64,000 nucleotides of DNA from Rickettsiales bacterium (GCA_047404135.1 JBDOIT010000001.1:21055-85054); one strand, 5' to 3'; positions 27,425 through 40,894 are shown, counted from the first letter of the stretch. Made by a program: numbers and translations. Notes: generated from the sequence alone by a model not told the origin.

Positions 27425-29797
27425 ATGAATTTCTTCAAGCGCCTTATATTGCTTTTTGTTACTATGCTTTCTTTTGTGTCATACGAAGCTGGTTTTGCTC
27501 GTAGTATTCATCACGGTTGTAGTATTAGTGGAGCAGACTACGGAGAATGCGGTAAAGCATCTGGCTTAGATCATGCCGGTTTAACAGTTGTACCGGATTT
27601 TAAGGATTCATATGTGTGCCGCAACGATTCCACGGGTTATCCATATAGGGTAGGTTTTTCTAATTCTTGTATGGTTCCGGCTGGTGATCATGATCCACTC
27701 GATACAACTTGTATAACAACTCCAAATTTAATAGGGGAGGTTGTAGACACCATTACTACGGTTGGTATTGCTGTGCAGATGAGGAAGAATTTCTGTAGCT
27801 TCAAAGCTGGTGGTATAAATATGGAGGGTGCTATGGTTAAGTCCACCATATTTAATCAGTGTAATATTGGAAGTGCTAAGCAGCAAATACAATGTCGTTC
27901 TGATGTTCTCAGGGGAGTTAAATCTGATGGTACTCATATGAAATCTTATGTAGATTTAAAGGATCATATTACAGGGGATCTCTGTCAGGCAATGCCTAAC
28001 TTAAACAAAGCAGCGGTAGACTCAGATGGAAAATATGTTTTTTACCAAGGTAAGCAGGTATTTTGTCCAATCATGCGTTGTAATATTCCTACGGATACAA
28101 TGATTTCTAAGTATTACGATAAGACTGGCCCTCGTACTGCCATAATGTCTGTTTTGGCGGCTGAAGTGTCAGGATTCATTGGTGCTGGAGCAGCTGCAAT
28201 AGCAAGTGCTCTTACTGGCGATTGTTCTGACTTGGTGGAGTTAGGTGATGGAGATACCACTGGTGTTGCGATGTGGAAAGCTGTTAGGCTGAAAGGGGTA
28301 TTTCAGGGAGATAAAGTATGTACGCAAATGTTATTTCCAACGGGCTACACAACTCTTGCATGTAAGCCAAGGGTGATTCCAAAAACCTATTATGCTCCTA
28401 CAGATAACTGTTATGTACTTAATTCGTCCTGTGTAAGTGGGGAGCATCATTCTAAGGGCTTCTTTCCTCTGACCGCAACATTGATTGAATGTATGAATGA
28501 TTTGGTTACTAGTATATTTAAAACACCAAAAGATTCTACATGTCCTCAGAATCCTTTGGCGTCTTTTCAAAATTCATTAAAGAACACGGTTAAAGTATTG
28601 CTTGTGCTTTATGTTATATTCTTTGGTATCCGAATTGCTATGGGTGGAGCGATGCCGAAAAAGGTTGAGTTTTTTGTATTTATTTTGAAGTTTGCATTAG
28701 TTGCATATTTTGCCGTTGGTGGAGTTGGAGATACTCATGAAACTGGACTTGAGCAAGCTTATGATGGCGCAATAGCAGCCATGCATTCTTTTTCTAACAT
28801 GGTTGCCGGTAATGATGATATGAGTGGAGACCCCGGGTCTGTGAGTTCTGGGCTATGTAGATATAATTTAGGTGAATATCAAGAGGGCTATGACTATCTG
28901 GCATTGTGGGATTCATTAGATTGCAGGATTGCTTTTTATTTGGGGTTTGCGAATCCGGTGGTTGGTAACAATGGGGGTGTAGGTATCTTGAATGCTGGTG
29001 TGTTTGGATTGATATTCCCACTAATGTTTGCATTTGCTATGCCGTTGTTAGTATTCATGTTGGCTTTTGCGGTATTGTTGTTATCCACCGTTGTGTATTT
29101 TACTCATGTATATGTGATTGCACTAGTTGCTGTATCTATCAGTGTGTTCCTTGGCCCTATATTTATACCTTTTGCTTTGTTCAAAAAAACAAAGGGATAT
29201 TTTGACAAATGGTTAGAGCTTACTATTGCTTATACGTTATATCCTGCGGTTATTACGGCTTTTATCGCTATTATGGTTACTACCTATGATACTGTGATAT
29301 ATAAAGATTGTAGCTTTGAGGGGCACACCAGCGGCTATCAGACGGCATATTGGACATTTAGTCAGCCTATATCGAATGAATGTAAGGAGAGCTTAGGTTA
29401 TATGATGTCTCAGCTTACATCTGGTAGCTCCACAGAAGTTGTAGATGTTGGTAAATTATTTTACTTTAACAGGGTAAAGCATGAGAGCCAGATCTTTGTT
29501 GATTTGCTTGAGCAGTTGATGATTTGTGTATTCTTCATGTTCCTATTCTACTATTTTTCACAGCAGCTTTCTGGTTTTGCTGCTGATCTATCTAAGGCTA
29601 CGAATATAGGGAAACAAGCTATAGGGCCTACAGCTGTGGCAGATAAGGCTATGGCTGCCCTTAAAGGAAAGGATAAGGATGATAAAAAGGATGATAAAAA
29701 GGATGATAAAAAGGGCGGCAAAAAAGGTATCTCTGTATCAGGTAAAGGATCTAAAGAAGCAAAACGGAAGGGTATCAGCGTCTCTAAGGATAAGTAG
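27425..29797 (+). CDS. virB6: Type IV secretion VirB6 / TrbL family protein (rvhB6-like)
   Basis: Signal peptide and Cys-rich N-extension; LVLYVIFFG..., LWDSLDCRIAFY and LGPIFIPFALFKKTKGYFDKWL motifs. Confidence 0.88.
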   Translation: MNFFKRLILLFVTMLSFVSYEAGFARSIHHGCSISGADYGECGKASGLDHAGLTVVPDFKDSYVCRNDSTGYPYRVGFSNSCMVPAGDHDPLDTTCITTPNLIGEVVDTITTVGIAVQMRKNFCSFKAGGINMEGAMVKSTIFNQCNIGSAKQQIQCRSDVLRGVKSDGTHMKSYVDLKDHITGDLCQAMPNLNKAAVDSDGKYVFYQGKQVFCPIMRCNIPTDTMISKYYDKTGPRTAIMSVLAAEVSGFIGAGAAAIASALTGDCSDLVELGDGDTTGVAMWKAVRLKGVFQGDKVCTQMLFPTGYTTLACKPRVIPKTYYAPTDNCYVLNSSCVSGEHHSKGFFPLTATLIECMNDLVTSIFKTPKDSTCPQNPLASFQNSLKNTVKVLLVLYVIFFGIRIAMGGAMPKKVEFFVFILKFALVAYFAVGGVGDTHETGLEQAYDGAIAAMHSFSNMVAGNDDMSGDPGSVSSGLCRYNLGEYQEGYDYLALWDSLDCRIAFYLGFANPVVGNNGGVGILNAGVFGLIFPLMFAFAMPLLVFMLAFAVLLLSTVVYFTHVYVIALVAVSISVFLGPIFIPFALFKKTKGYFDKWLELTIAYTLYPAVITAFIAIMVTTYDTVIYKDCSFEGHTSGYQTAYWTFSQPISNECKESLGYMMSQLTSGSSTEVVDVGKLFYFNRVKHESQIFVDLLEQLMICVFFMFLFYYFSQQLSGFAADLSKATNIGKQAIGPTAVADKAMAALKGKDKDDKKDDKKDDKKGGKKGISVSGKGSKEAKRKGISVSKDK
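29675..29714 (+). repeat. 12-bp coding repeat x3 (KDDK) in the VirB6 tail
   Basis: AAGGATGATAAA x3. Confidence 0.9.
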
Positions 29798-29844
29798 TTA
29801 CGGCTTGAATTGAGATCGATTTTTTTTATTTCAGGAGAAGAAAA

Positions 29845-29979
29845 ACGAATATAAACAATTGGTTGTGCAAATAAAATAGCAGAAAAGGAGGTTCGCCATC
29901 CAGATTTGATATTGCTTGGGGCAGAAAAACAGAAGGTCTAACTGAAAGTGACTTTATTCTTGCGGCAAAAATCGAATAA
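29845..29979 (+). pseudogene. Pterin-4a-carbinolamine dehydratase (PhhB/PCD) remnant
   Basis: ANKIAEKEVRHPDL, then IAWG in another frame, then EGLTESDFILAAKIE*; frameshifted and internally deleted. Confidence 0.6.
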
Positions 29980-30178
29980 GAAAGTATGTTATACTAAAGG
30001 CAAATCTTTGGTAATATCTACTCAATTACACTAGAGGAATTTTAAGATACTTCTCTGAAATCTTGGAGGTGTTTTTTTATTAGCTCAACAAAACTCCATT
30101 CTTTTTATGATCTAACTCCATAAAAGCTCATTTAAATGAGGTGCCTTTATCCCTTGATCCCTATATTATCCACATATT

Positions 30179-30206
30179 AGTTTCCATAATATATATTATG
30201 GTGTAA
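30179..30206 (-). other. dif site (XerC/XerD chromosome dimer resolution)
   Basis: Minus strand TTACACCATAA-TATATA-TTATGGAAACT fits the dif consensus CATAA-N6-TTATG; intergenic and near the apparent skew switch. Confidence 0.8.
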
Positions 30207-30354
30207 CTATGTGTATATATAAGTGTATAACTAGAATTTGCTATTACCCTGCTCTTTATTACTTATATGCTTTTGGTAAAAAGATGTTCTTTATTGAGGT
30301 TTGCAAATGAATGAGATAAAGTTATTTGAAGATCGTATTTTCAAATTTTTTTAT

Positions 30355-31539
30355 ATGAACTCAAGATCTAACAATAAAAAGCTAATATACATACTCATAC
30401 CATTTGTTCTATCTCTTGGTATGGCTCTAGACATATATTTACCGTCTATTCCAAGTATCTCAACTTCCCTTGCAACCTCTATAAGTATGGTTCAATGGAC
30501 TATGAGCGGTTTCTTTTTGTGCTTTGGTATAGGTCAGCTACTTGTGGGGCCCATAAGTGACTATATAGGAAGAAAGAAAACAATATTCTGGAGCCTAGTT
30601 CTATATATCTCTGGATCTGCAATATCTGCCTTAGCGCCTAATATAGAAACATTGATCTTTGCTCGTTTAGTGCAGGCTTTTGGGGCTGCGGGAACTCAAG
30701 TATCTGCGTTTAGTATAGCAAAAGACTCTGTGAGAGACAAGAAAACTTCTGAGCAAGTATTTACTTATTTAAAAGGCTCCATGGGCTTTGCTCCAATTGT
30801 TGCACCAATTATAGGTTCTTTCTTAGAGCATCACTTCAACTGGCGCGCACCTTTCTTTGTATTAGCTGTATTCGGCGCTTTTTTGATGGGGCTGAATTAC
30901 CGCAGTATAGAAGAGTCTTTGGCAGAAGAAGATAGAACCAAATTAAGCTTTGGATCTATTGCTTCTTACTTTCAAATGGCTAAAGAAATTAGGTTTATGT
31001 CTCTAGCTATATGCTTAGTGTCATCACAGGTTGTGTTGTTTTCTTTCTTTTCTCTTTCTCCTCATATAGTGATATCAACTCTTGGCTATGACGAAAGGTT
31101 TTTTGCCATTTGCTTTGGTGCAAATGCATTAACCTACTCAACGACAAGCCTAATCAGCGCAAGAGTGCTGAATCATATCGGCGCACTATCATGTATAAAA
31201 ATAGGCGGAATCATGATATTTTTTGCTGGGATATTATTATTATGCTTTCTTGAATATCATGGTCTCACTATTATAACATTACTGGCCCCTACTTTACTTG
31301 CTAGCTCAGGCACTTCCTTTATTATTGGACCTGCTACATCTTTGGCTGTGGATGCATATAAAAAAATCACAGCAACTGCTACGGCATTTTTAGGTAGCTT
31401 AGAGGCGGTTATTGCTGCTTCTGTAGGTAATGTAGCTGTGGCAGTATCAGGGTTTGATGGCAAGACTTTTGCTTGTATAGTGACAATCTCCGGGATTTCT
31501 ATTTTGCTCTCTCAGAGATTTGCTAGCCCACTGAAATGA
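30355..31539 (+). CDS. Bcr/CflA-family MFS efflux transporter
   Basis: DIYLPSIP, GQLLVGPISDYIGRK, ARLVQAFG, APIIG and WRAPF motifs. Confidence 0.9.
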   Translation: MNSRSNNKKLIYILIPFVLSLGMALDIYLPSIPSISTSLATSISMVQWTMSGFFLCFGIGQLLVGPISDYIGRKKTIFWSLVLYISGSAISALAPNIETLIFARLVQAFGAAGTQVSAFSIAKDSVRDKKTSEQVFTYLKGSMGFAPIVAPIIGSFLEHHFNWRAPFFVLAVFGAFLMGLNYRSIEESLAEEDRTKLSFGSIASYFQMAKEIRFMSLAICLVSSQVVLFSFFSLSPHIVISTLGYDERFFAICFGANALTYSTTSLISARVLNHIGALSCIKIGGIMIFFAGILLLCFLEYHGLTIITLLAPTLLASSGTSFIIGPATSLAVDAYKKITATATAFLGSLEAVIAASVGNVAVAVSGFDGKTFACIVTISGISILLSQRFASPLK

Positions 31540-31601
31540 AACTGTGGCTTTTGATGGTATTGGCTGCAACATTAGGTAGAGAGAAGATTTTATATATCAA
31601 A

Positions 31602-32762
31602 TCACATATTATCACAAGAAATTTCACCTACCATCTCTATATCATAGCTAATTGAGGCCTCCATATCGCTGTCAATTTTCTCAAAGAATTCAATGTGACC
31701 CTGAGTACCTTTTTTCTTGCAGTTATCGAAGTATCTACCAAGTGAGTCTTGAGTAAATTCTGCTTTAAACACCTCGGCAATAGATTTATCAAAATGATCT
31801 CCACTGACATTGCTTTTACTGCTCTGTAGTTTGCTGAGATTTTTCATTGAAACGCAGAGCTTGTGAATATTTTCACTAGTAGAACCAGACTTTGCCAGCT
31901 CTAGACTCTTGCTAAGTAGATCGTACCCACCCTTCAACCTTTCAATTAGAAGATCATCTGAGACTATTATCTCCTCAGAGAAACCAAGTTTACATACAGC
32001 CTTCTTACTAGAATCTTCTTCTGTACCCGATATTGCTAAGGTCGCTTTAGCTATCACTTTATCTGCTGCCTCTTTAGCTGCTAGTGCTTTATCTGCTGCC
32101 TCTTTAGCTGCTGCTATCGCTTTATCTGCTGCCTCTTTAGCTGCTGCTAGCACTTTATCTGCTGCTTCTATAGCTGCTGCTTCTTTATATGCTACCGCTT
32201 TAGCTAGCGCTTTAGCTGCTGCTTCTTTAGCTGCTGCTGCTTTAGCTGCTGATACCGCTTTAGCTGCTGCTTCTTTATATGCTACCGCTTTAGCTGCTGA
32301 CAGCTCTTTAGCTGCTGTTTCTTTATCTGATACCGCTTTAGCTGCTGCCGCTTTAGCTGCTGCTTCTTTATCTAGCGCTTTAGCTGCTGCTAGCGCTTTA
32401 GCTGTTGCCTCTTTAGCTGCTGCCGCTTTAGCTGCTGCTTCTATGGCTGCTGCCGCTTTAGCTGCTGCTTCTTTATCTAGCGCTTTAGCTTCTGCTTCTA
32501 TGGCTGCTGCTTCTTTATCTAGCGCTTTAGCTTCTGCTTCTATGGCTGCTGCCGCTTTATCTGCAATTAACTGATTAACCTCAGATTCTACTAAAGAACC
32601 TTTAGCAAGATCAGATGGGATTTTGTCTACAAGATCGAGGTTCTCTTGAATTGCCTCCTTGAATGCTTTTAAGGCCTTTTCGTTATTCCCAGCTACTTTT
32701 AAGGCTGTTTTTACTTCTCCTCCAGCCAAACGCTCTTGTGCTCTACGCTTTAATATTGACAT
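31602..32762 (-). CDS. Hypothetical Ala/Lys/Glu-rich helical repeat protein
   Basis: AAGGA SD; ~175 aa of KEAAAKA-type repeats; ends EMVGEISCDNM. Confidence 0.8.
   Translation of the reverse strand: MSILKRRAQERLAGGEVKTALKVAGNNEKALKAFKEAIQENLDLVDKIPSDLAKGSLVESEVNQLIADKAAAAIEAEAKALDKEAAAIEAEAKALDKEAAAKAAAAIEAAAKAAAAKEATAKALAAAKALDKEAAAKAAAAKAVSDKETAAKELSAAKAVAYKEAAAKAVSAAKAAAAKEAAAKALAKAVAYKEAAAIEAADKVLAAAKEAADKAIAAAKEAADKALAAKEAADKVIAKATLAISGTEEDSSKKAVCKLGFSEEIIVSDDLLIERLKGGYDLLSKSLELAKSGSTSENIHKLCVSMKNLSKLQSSKSNVSGDHFDKSIAEVFKAEFTQDSLGRYFDNCKKKGTQGHIEFFEKIDSDMEASISYDIEMVGEISCDNM
32040..32565. repeat. Degenerate GCT/TTTAGCT coding repeat array including a 42-bp duplication
   Basis: GCTGCTGCTTCTTTATCTAGCGCTTTAGCTTCTGCTTCTATG x2 at 32461-32544 plus many shorter units. 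Confidence 0.85.
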
Positions 32763-32816
32763 TTTTTATCCTTAATTTTAAATTGAAATTTTCTATTTTT
32801 ATAAAATATGCTCACA

Positions 32817-33497
32817 TTAGAGCAAAATCCTTATTCCGGTTGTAATAGTATGCGCTTTAATACTGCCCTTCAACGGACCAGTCGTAGTATCAAGTCTCTT
32901 AGTAGAGTATTTACCTAAATTAAAGTAGCTATACTGAACTGCATCCCAAGTAACGTTTTCACTAATTTTATACGCAAGACCAGCGCCAACATTCCACGCC
33001 AAAGAACCCTTAGAAGAACCTTCATACACTGAAGGAGTAGCGGTACCATCGCTTGAGTATACTCCTGCCGCACTTGCTTTGTTTTTAGCGTAACCAATAC
33101 CGGAAGTCACATAAGGATTAAGTTTTTCTCCAAAATTATTGAAATCGTAGTATAGATTAGCAAAAAAGGCCTTAGAATTAACTTTATGCGTTACAAAATC
33201 CCCAGAACCATCACTTAAATCAGCGCTGTACTTAGAATCACCGAAATGCATATATTTCAGCTCTGTTCTGAAATTTTTATTTAACTTATAACCGACACCC
33301 ATACCAAAAACACTTGCTTTTGTTGGATTTTTTTCATTCACGTAATCACCTCCATAGTTTGGCTTAGTTTTACTCGTAGCCTGACCGTAACTACCAGAAA
33401 TATAAAATCTACTAGAAGAAGCATTTTCATCAGCTTGAGACTGAAGAGAAAAGGCGGACACAACAACAATTATAGCACTTGATATACTTTTATTCAT
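32817..33497 (-). CDS. Outer-membrane 8-stranded beta-barrel protein (OmpA-TM / opacity-like)
   Basis: Signal peptide; GVGYK...FRTEL, NLYYDF, PYVTSGIGY and AWNVGAG motifs. Confidence 0.88.
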   Translation of the reverse strand: MNKSISSAIIVVVSAFSLQSQADENASSSRFYISGSYGQATSKTKPNYGGDYVNEKNPTKASVFGMGVGYKLNKNFRTELKYMHFGDSKYSADLSDGSGDFVTHKVNSKAFFANLYYDFNNFGEKLNPYVTSGIGYAKNKASAAGVYSSDGTATPSVYEGSSKGSLAWNVGAGLAYKISENVTWDAVQYSYFNLGKYSTKRLDTTTGPLKGSIKAHTITTGIRILL

Positions 33498-33547
33498 TCA
33501 TATTACGCGATTAGGTTAATATTTATTAATATTTTGGAGGTGGAGGT

Positions 33548-33576
33548 ATAGTAGCGTAAAATGCAGTGTTTGTCAA
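33548..33576 (-). promoter_or_regulatory. Sigma70 promoter TTGACA-N17-TACTAT
   Basis: Near-consensus promoter about 50 bp upstream of the OMP start. Confidence 0.7.
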
Positions 33577-33659
33577 CTTGCAATTCTGATAATGCCTTGC
33601 AACCTTTAGCGCTTGGGTTAATTTTTATTAAAGCTTAGAGAGCGCGATATCATCAATCG

Positions 33660-37452
<3,793 letters not shown>

Positions 37453-37523
37453 CTATCCATGATACAATTAATAAACATAAAAGCCTAGCTTATAGGCTTT
37501 TTCTAGAAACTAAATCGTATAAA

Positions 37524-39062
37524 ATGCTAAACCAAATTTTTGCCACAAAGTATCGACCAAAAAACTTTAGTGAACTCAAAGGACAAGATGTATTAGTCAA
37601 GATTCTAAGCAATGCTATCTCCAAATCCAAGATTGCAAATGCTTATATTGTAACTGGAATCAGAGGAGTAGGCAAGACAACTACAGCAAGGATTATAGCA
37701 AAAACAATAAATTGCGAAAATAAAATACTAGAAGGGAACATCCCAGTGCCGTGTGAAAAATGCAATAACTGTCTATCTACCAACAACTTTAACCATCCGG
37801 ATGTAATGGAGATAGATGCCGCCAGTAAAACTGGCGTGAATGACATAAGGGAGATTATTGAAAACTCTAAATATAAAGCCTCTTTAGGACAATATAAGAT
37901 ATATATAGTCGATGAAGTCCATATGCTTTCCAATAGCGCCTTTAACGCACTATTGAAAACACTTGAAGAACCTCCGGATAATATCTTATTTATATTTGCT
38001 ACAACAGAAATACAAAAAGTTCCTGCAACTATTATTTCACGTTGCCAGAGATTTGACTTACTTAGAATATCTTCACAAAAACTTTCTGACCATCTAGAGA
38101 AAATTTCTACCACAGAAGGTATTAAATTCAAAAAAACAGGATTAGATCTTATAGCAAAATTCAGCGAAGGCTCAGCAAGAGACGCTTTATCCTTATTAGA
38201 AACAGTAAATATATATAAAGATGAAAACCAAGATCTTGATGAGTCAATGGTAAATGAAGTTCTTGGAGTTCCTAAGCTACAATCTATATACGAGCTTCTA
38301 AGTAACATAATAGATGGAAAAGCTGATCTAGCTATAAAAAGCTTTCATAGTCTAAATAGGAATGGAAGCAGCGTATCCTTGATTCTTGAAGAGCTACTAC
38401 AACTATGCAATAAAGTAAGTAAATCTATTGTCATTGAAAAATTCATAGAGGACAGCGCTTTATTTGATCATGAAAAACCTTTACTGCAAGGCCTGAGGGA
38501 AAAAGCAGACATAACCTCTGTCGCAAATATATGGAAATTACTTTTAAATGGCCTTACAGAGCTAAAAAGCTCAAACCACCCTCTATATGTATTTGAGATG
38601 ATATTGATTAGAGTGTGCCATTTATCAAACATACCAAAACTCAGTGAGGTAATAAAAAGCATACCACACAAGAAAGATACACCCTACCCGGCACCCACAG
38701 ATCAGTCAGCAAAGAAACTACAAACCTTTAAAGAGGCTGTGGATTTGTTCTATATAAACAAAGAACTCATTCTATATAAATATCTTTCCGACTCTATAGC
38801 AATAACGGAGTATAGCCATGGAATAATCAAGGCTTCAACTAATACGAAACTACCAAGTGATTTTACTCAGCAAATACTCGCTCTACTTAACAAATGGACA
38901 AATGAAAAATGGGTTTTCGAGCTGTCTTCTAATACAGCTACAGAGAACAAAACGCTCAAAGATCAGGAACTTGATAAAATTAAGGATAACGATATAGTCA
39001 AAGCAATAAATAGTTCATTTCCTGGTGCGGTGATTAAATCTATATCAAAAACAAAAAACTAG
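37524..39062 (+). CDS. dnaX: DNA polymerase III subunit gamma/tau
   Basis: KYRP, GIRGVGKTT, DEVHMLS..AFNALLKTLEEPP and SRCQRF motifs. Confidence 0.97.
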   Translation: MLNQIFATKYRPKNFSELKGQDVLVKILSNAISKSKIANAYIVTGIRGVGKTTTARIIAKTINCENKILEGNIPVPCEKCNNCLSTNNFNHPDVMEIDAASKTGVNDIREIIENSKYKASLGQYKIYIVDEVHMLSNSAFNALLKTLEEPPDNILFIFATTEIQKVPATIISRCQRFDLLRISSQKLSDHLEKISTTEGIKFKKTGLDLIAKFSEGSARDALSLLETVNIYKDENQDLDESMVNEVLGVPKLQSIYELLSNIIDGKADLAIKSFHSLNRNGSSVSLILEELLQLCNKVSKSIVIEKFIEDSALFDHEKPLLQGLREKADITSVANIWKLLLNGLTELKSSNHPLYVFEMILIRVCHLSNIPKLSEVIKSIPHKKDTPYPAPTDQSAKKLQTFKEAVDLFYINKELILYKYLSDSIAITEYSHGIIKASTNTKLPSDFTQQILALLNKWTNEKWVFELSSNTATENKTLKDQELDKIKDNDIVKAINSSFPGAVIKSISKTKN

Positions 39063-39075
39063 AAGGATAAAGAAT

Positions 39076-39396
39076 ATGGTTAATATGAATCAAATTATGA
39101 AGCAAGCCCAAGCTATGCAACAAAAGATGGCAGAGTTAGAAGCAGAAAAAGAACACAAAGAGTTCACGGGAACATCTGGTGGAGAAATGGTAAAAGTAAA
39201 ACTCTCCGGAAAAGGAGAAGTAAAATCTGTAAAGCTTGACAAAAGCATAGTAGATCAAGAAGAAGTAGAGATGCTAGAGGATCTCATCACAGCAGCATTC
39301 AATGAAGCCAAGAAAAAATTAGACGAAGACTCCCAAGGTTCAATGTCTGACATGATGGGTGGGATAAAAATGCCTCCGGGGTTCAAGGGATTTTAA
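39076..39396 (+). CDS. ybaB: YbaB/EbfC nucleoid-associated protein
   Basis: MKQAQAMQ, GTSGGEMV and EMLEDLI motifs; lies between dnaX and recR. Confidence 0.95.
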   Translation: MVNMNQIMKQAQAMQQKMAELEAEKEHKEFTGTSGGEMVKVKLSGKGEVKSVKLDKSIVDQEEVEMLEDLITAAFNEAKKKLDEDSQGSMSDMMGGIKMPPGFKGF

Positions 39397-39397
39397 T

Positions 39398-39991
39398 ATG
39401 AGCCACAACAAGATTGATAGGTTAATCTATACCTTTTCAAAGCTTCCTGGAATAGGGAATCGTAATGCCAAAAGGATTGTTCTTCATATAATAAACAACA
39501 AAGATCGCCTTATGGCACCAATGGCAGAAGCTCTTTTTGATGCCTCAGAAGCCATACAAAAATGTAGAATATGCAACAATATAGATGAAAGTGAAGTCTG
39601 CTCTATATGCATAGGCGAGAAGCGCGATAAGAAAACTATTTGCGTAGTTGAATCTATAATAGATCTATGGGCCCTAGAAAATGCCAATTTTTATCAAGGG
39701 CTGTACCATGTTCTTGGAGGAACCCTGTCTTCATCAGAAAACAAAGGCCCTACAGACCTTGGCATAGAGACTCTTTCAGATAGGATTGAAAAAAACGAAA
39801 TAAAAGAGCTCATTATTGCCACAAATGCCACAATGGAAGGACAGACCACTGCATTTTTTATCACAGAGAAATTTAGAGAAAAAAATATCAAAATAACACG
39901 ATTTGCCCACGGCATACCTATAGGAGGAGAATTAGACTATTTAGATGAAGTTACCATAAGCACTGCTTTTGGATCACGCCAACGCTTCTAA
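39398..39991 (+). CDS. recR: Recombination mediator RecR
   Basis: LPGIG, C4 Zn finger, YHVLGG, EGQTTA and GIPIGGELDYLD motifs. Confidence 0.97.
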   Translation: MSHNKIDRLIYTFSKLPGIGNRNAKRIVLHIINNKDRLMAPMAEALFDASEAIQKCRICNNIDESEVCSICIGEKRDKKTICVVESIIDLWALENANFYQGLYHVLGGTLSSSENKGPTDLGIETLSDRIEKNEIKELIIATNATMEGQTTAFFITEKFREKNIKITRFAHGIPIGGELDYLDEVTISTAFGSRQRF

Positions 39992-40024
39992 AACAAATAA
40001 ATTTCATTTTTTTTTATTTATAAT

Positions 40025-40053
40025 TTGAAAAAGAAAGAAAGTTCATGTACGAT
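40025..40053 (+). promoter_or_regulatory. Sigma70 promoter TTGAAA-N17-TACGAT
   Basis: Upstream of the ankyrin gene. Confidence 0.5.
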
Positions 40054-40093
40054 TTCGTGATTATTTTGTAACAACCTGCAACATCTATTGGAT

Positions 40094-40774
40094 ATGAGAA
40101 AACGTAGAATCGCTACAGCTCAAGAGACATTAGCCGCAACACCAATTCACACCTTTGTACTAGAAAACAACCTAAAAAAGCTCGCTGAATCTATAGAAAA
40201 TTCCCCAGATTTAATTAATATTAGAGATGAGAACTATAGCACAGCTTTAGATTTAGCTATTTCTAACGCACGTTTTGATGCAGCGAACCTACTGCTAAAC
40301 GACGGCAGATCAGATCCCAACATATGTAACAGAGAAGGTTTGACACCCTTCCATGTATTGGTAAAAAACATAGATCAGTTCATCAAAGATGGAGTGAAGC
40401 ATGAAAATATTGTTGCAATGTCAAAAGAACTTATTAATCATAAAACTGATCTTACGAATCAAGATCGTCGCGGAAATACAGTAATAAACTTCATCGCACA
40501 AAAAGCAAAATCCAATACTCCAAGCACAAAAACATACACAAGAATAGGTGTCACGATACTTTCTAGAGATGATTATGCTGTAGAAACTGTAAAAATCAGA
40601 AACAACATGGGAAAAACCCCCACTGATTACCTAGCAAGAAATGGTAACCTAGTGTTGCGCGATGCAGTATTCAACTGTGACTCTATCAAACAGAGAGAAG
40701 ATCATATCTCAAAGATTGTGGCGGAAACTGAAAGAGCTATCAAAAAAGCTTCTCTAGAAAATATAGAAGCTTAA
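40094..40774 (+). CDS. Ankyrin repeat protein
   Basis: TPIH, STALDLA, GLTPFH, GNTVIN and GKTPTDY ankyrin-like units. Confidence 0.85.
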   Translation: MRKRRIATAQETLAATPIHTFVLENNLKKLAESIENSPDLINIRDENYSTALDLAISNARFDAANLLLNDGRSDPNICNREGLTPFHVLVKNIDQFIKDGVKHENIVAMSKELINHKTDLTNQDRRGNTVINFIAQKAKSNTPSTKTYTRIGVTILSRDDYAVETVKIRNNMGKTPTDYLARNGNLVLRDAVFNCDSIKQREDHISKIVAETERAIKKASLENIEA

Positions 40775-40894
40775 TTGCCCACCCTAAAACTTCCCATTGA
40801 TGGTATGAATTCTAACGAGGGTTTCCCATATTCTCCGAGTTCAGAAACTTCGTAGAAACCTCGGCTCTTCCACGATGAATAGCACAAAAATAAA

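Noticed and set aside
31909-32574. 221-aa Ala/Leu/Ser ORF on the plus strand
   Set aside because: Antisense shadow of the GCA-rich repeat gene; no SD or independent evidence.
40810-40865. Alternative hairpins after the ankyrin gene as a riboswitch
   Set aside because: They lie between convergent 3' ends, which a terminator explains adequately.
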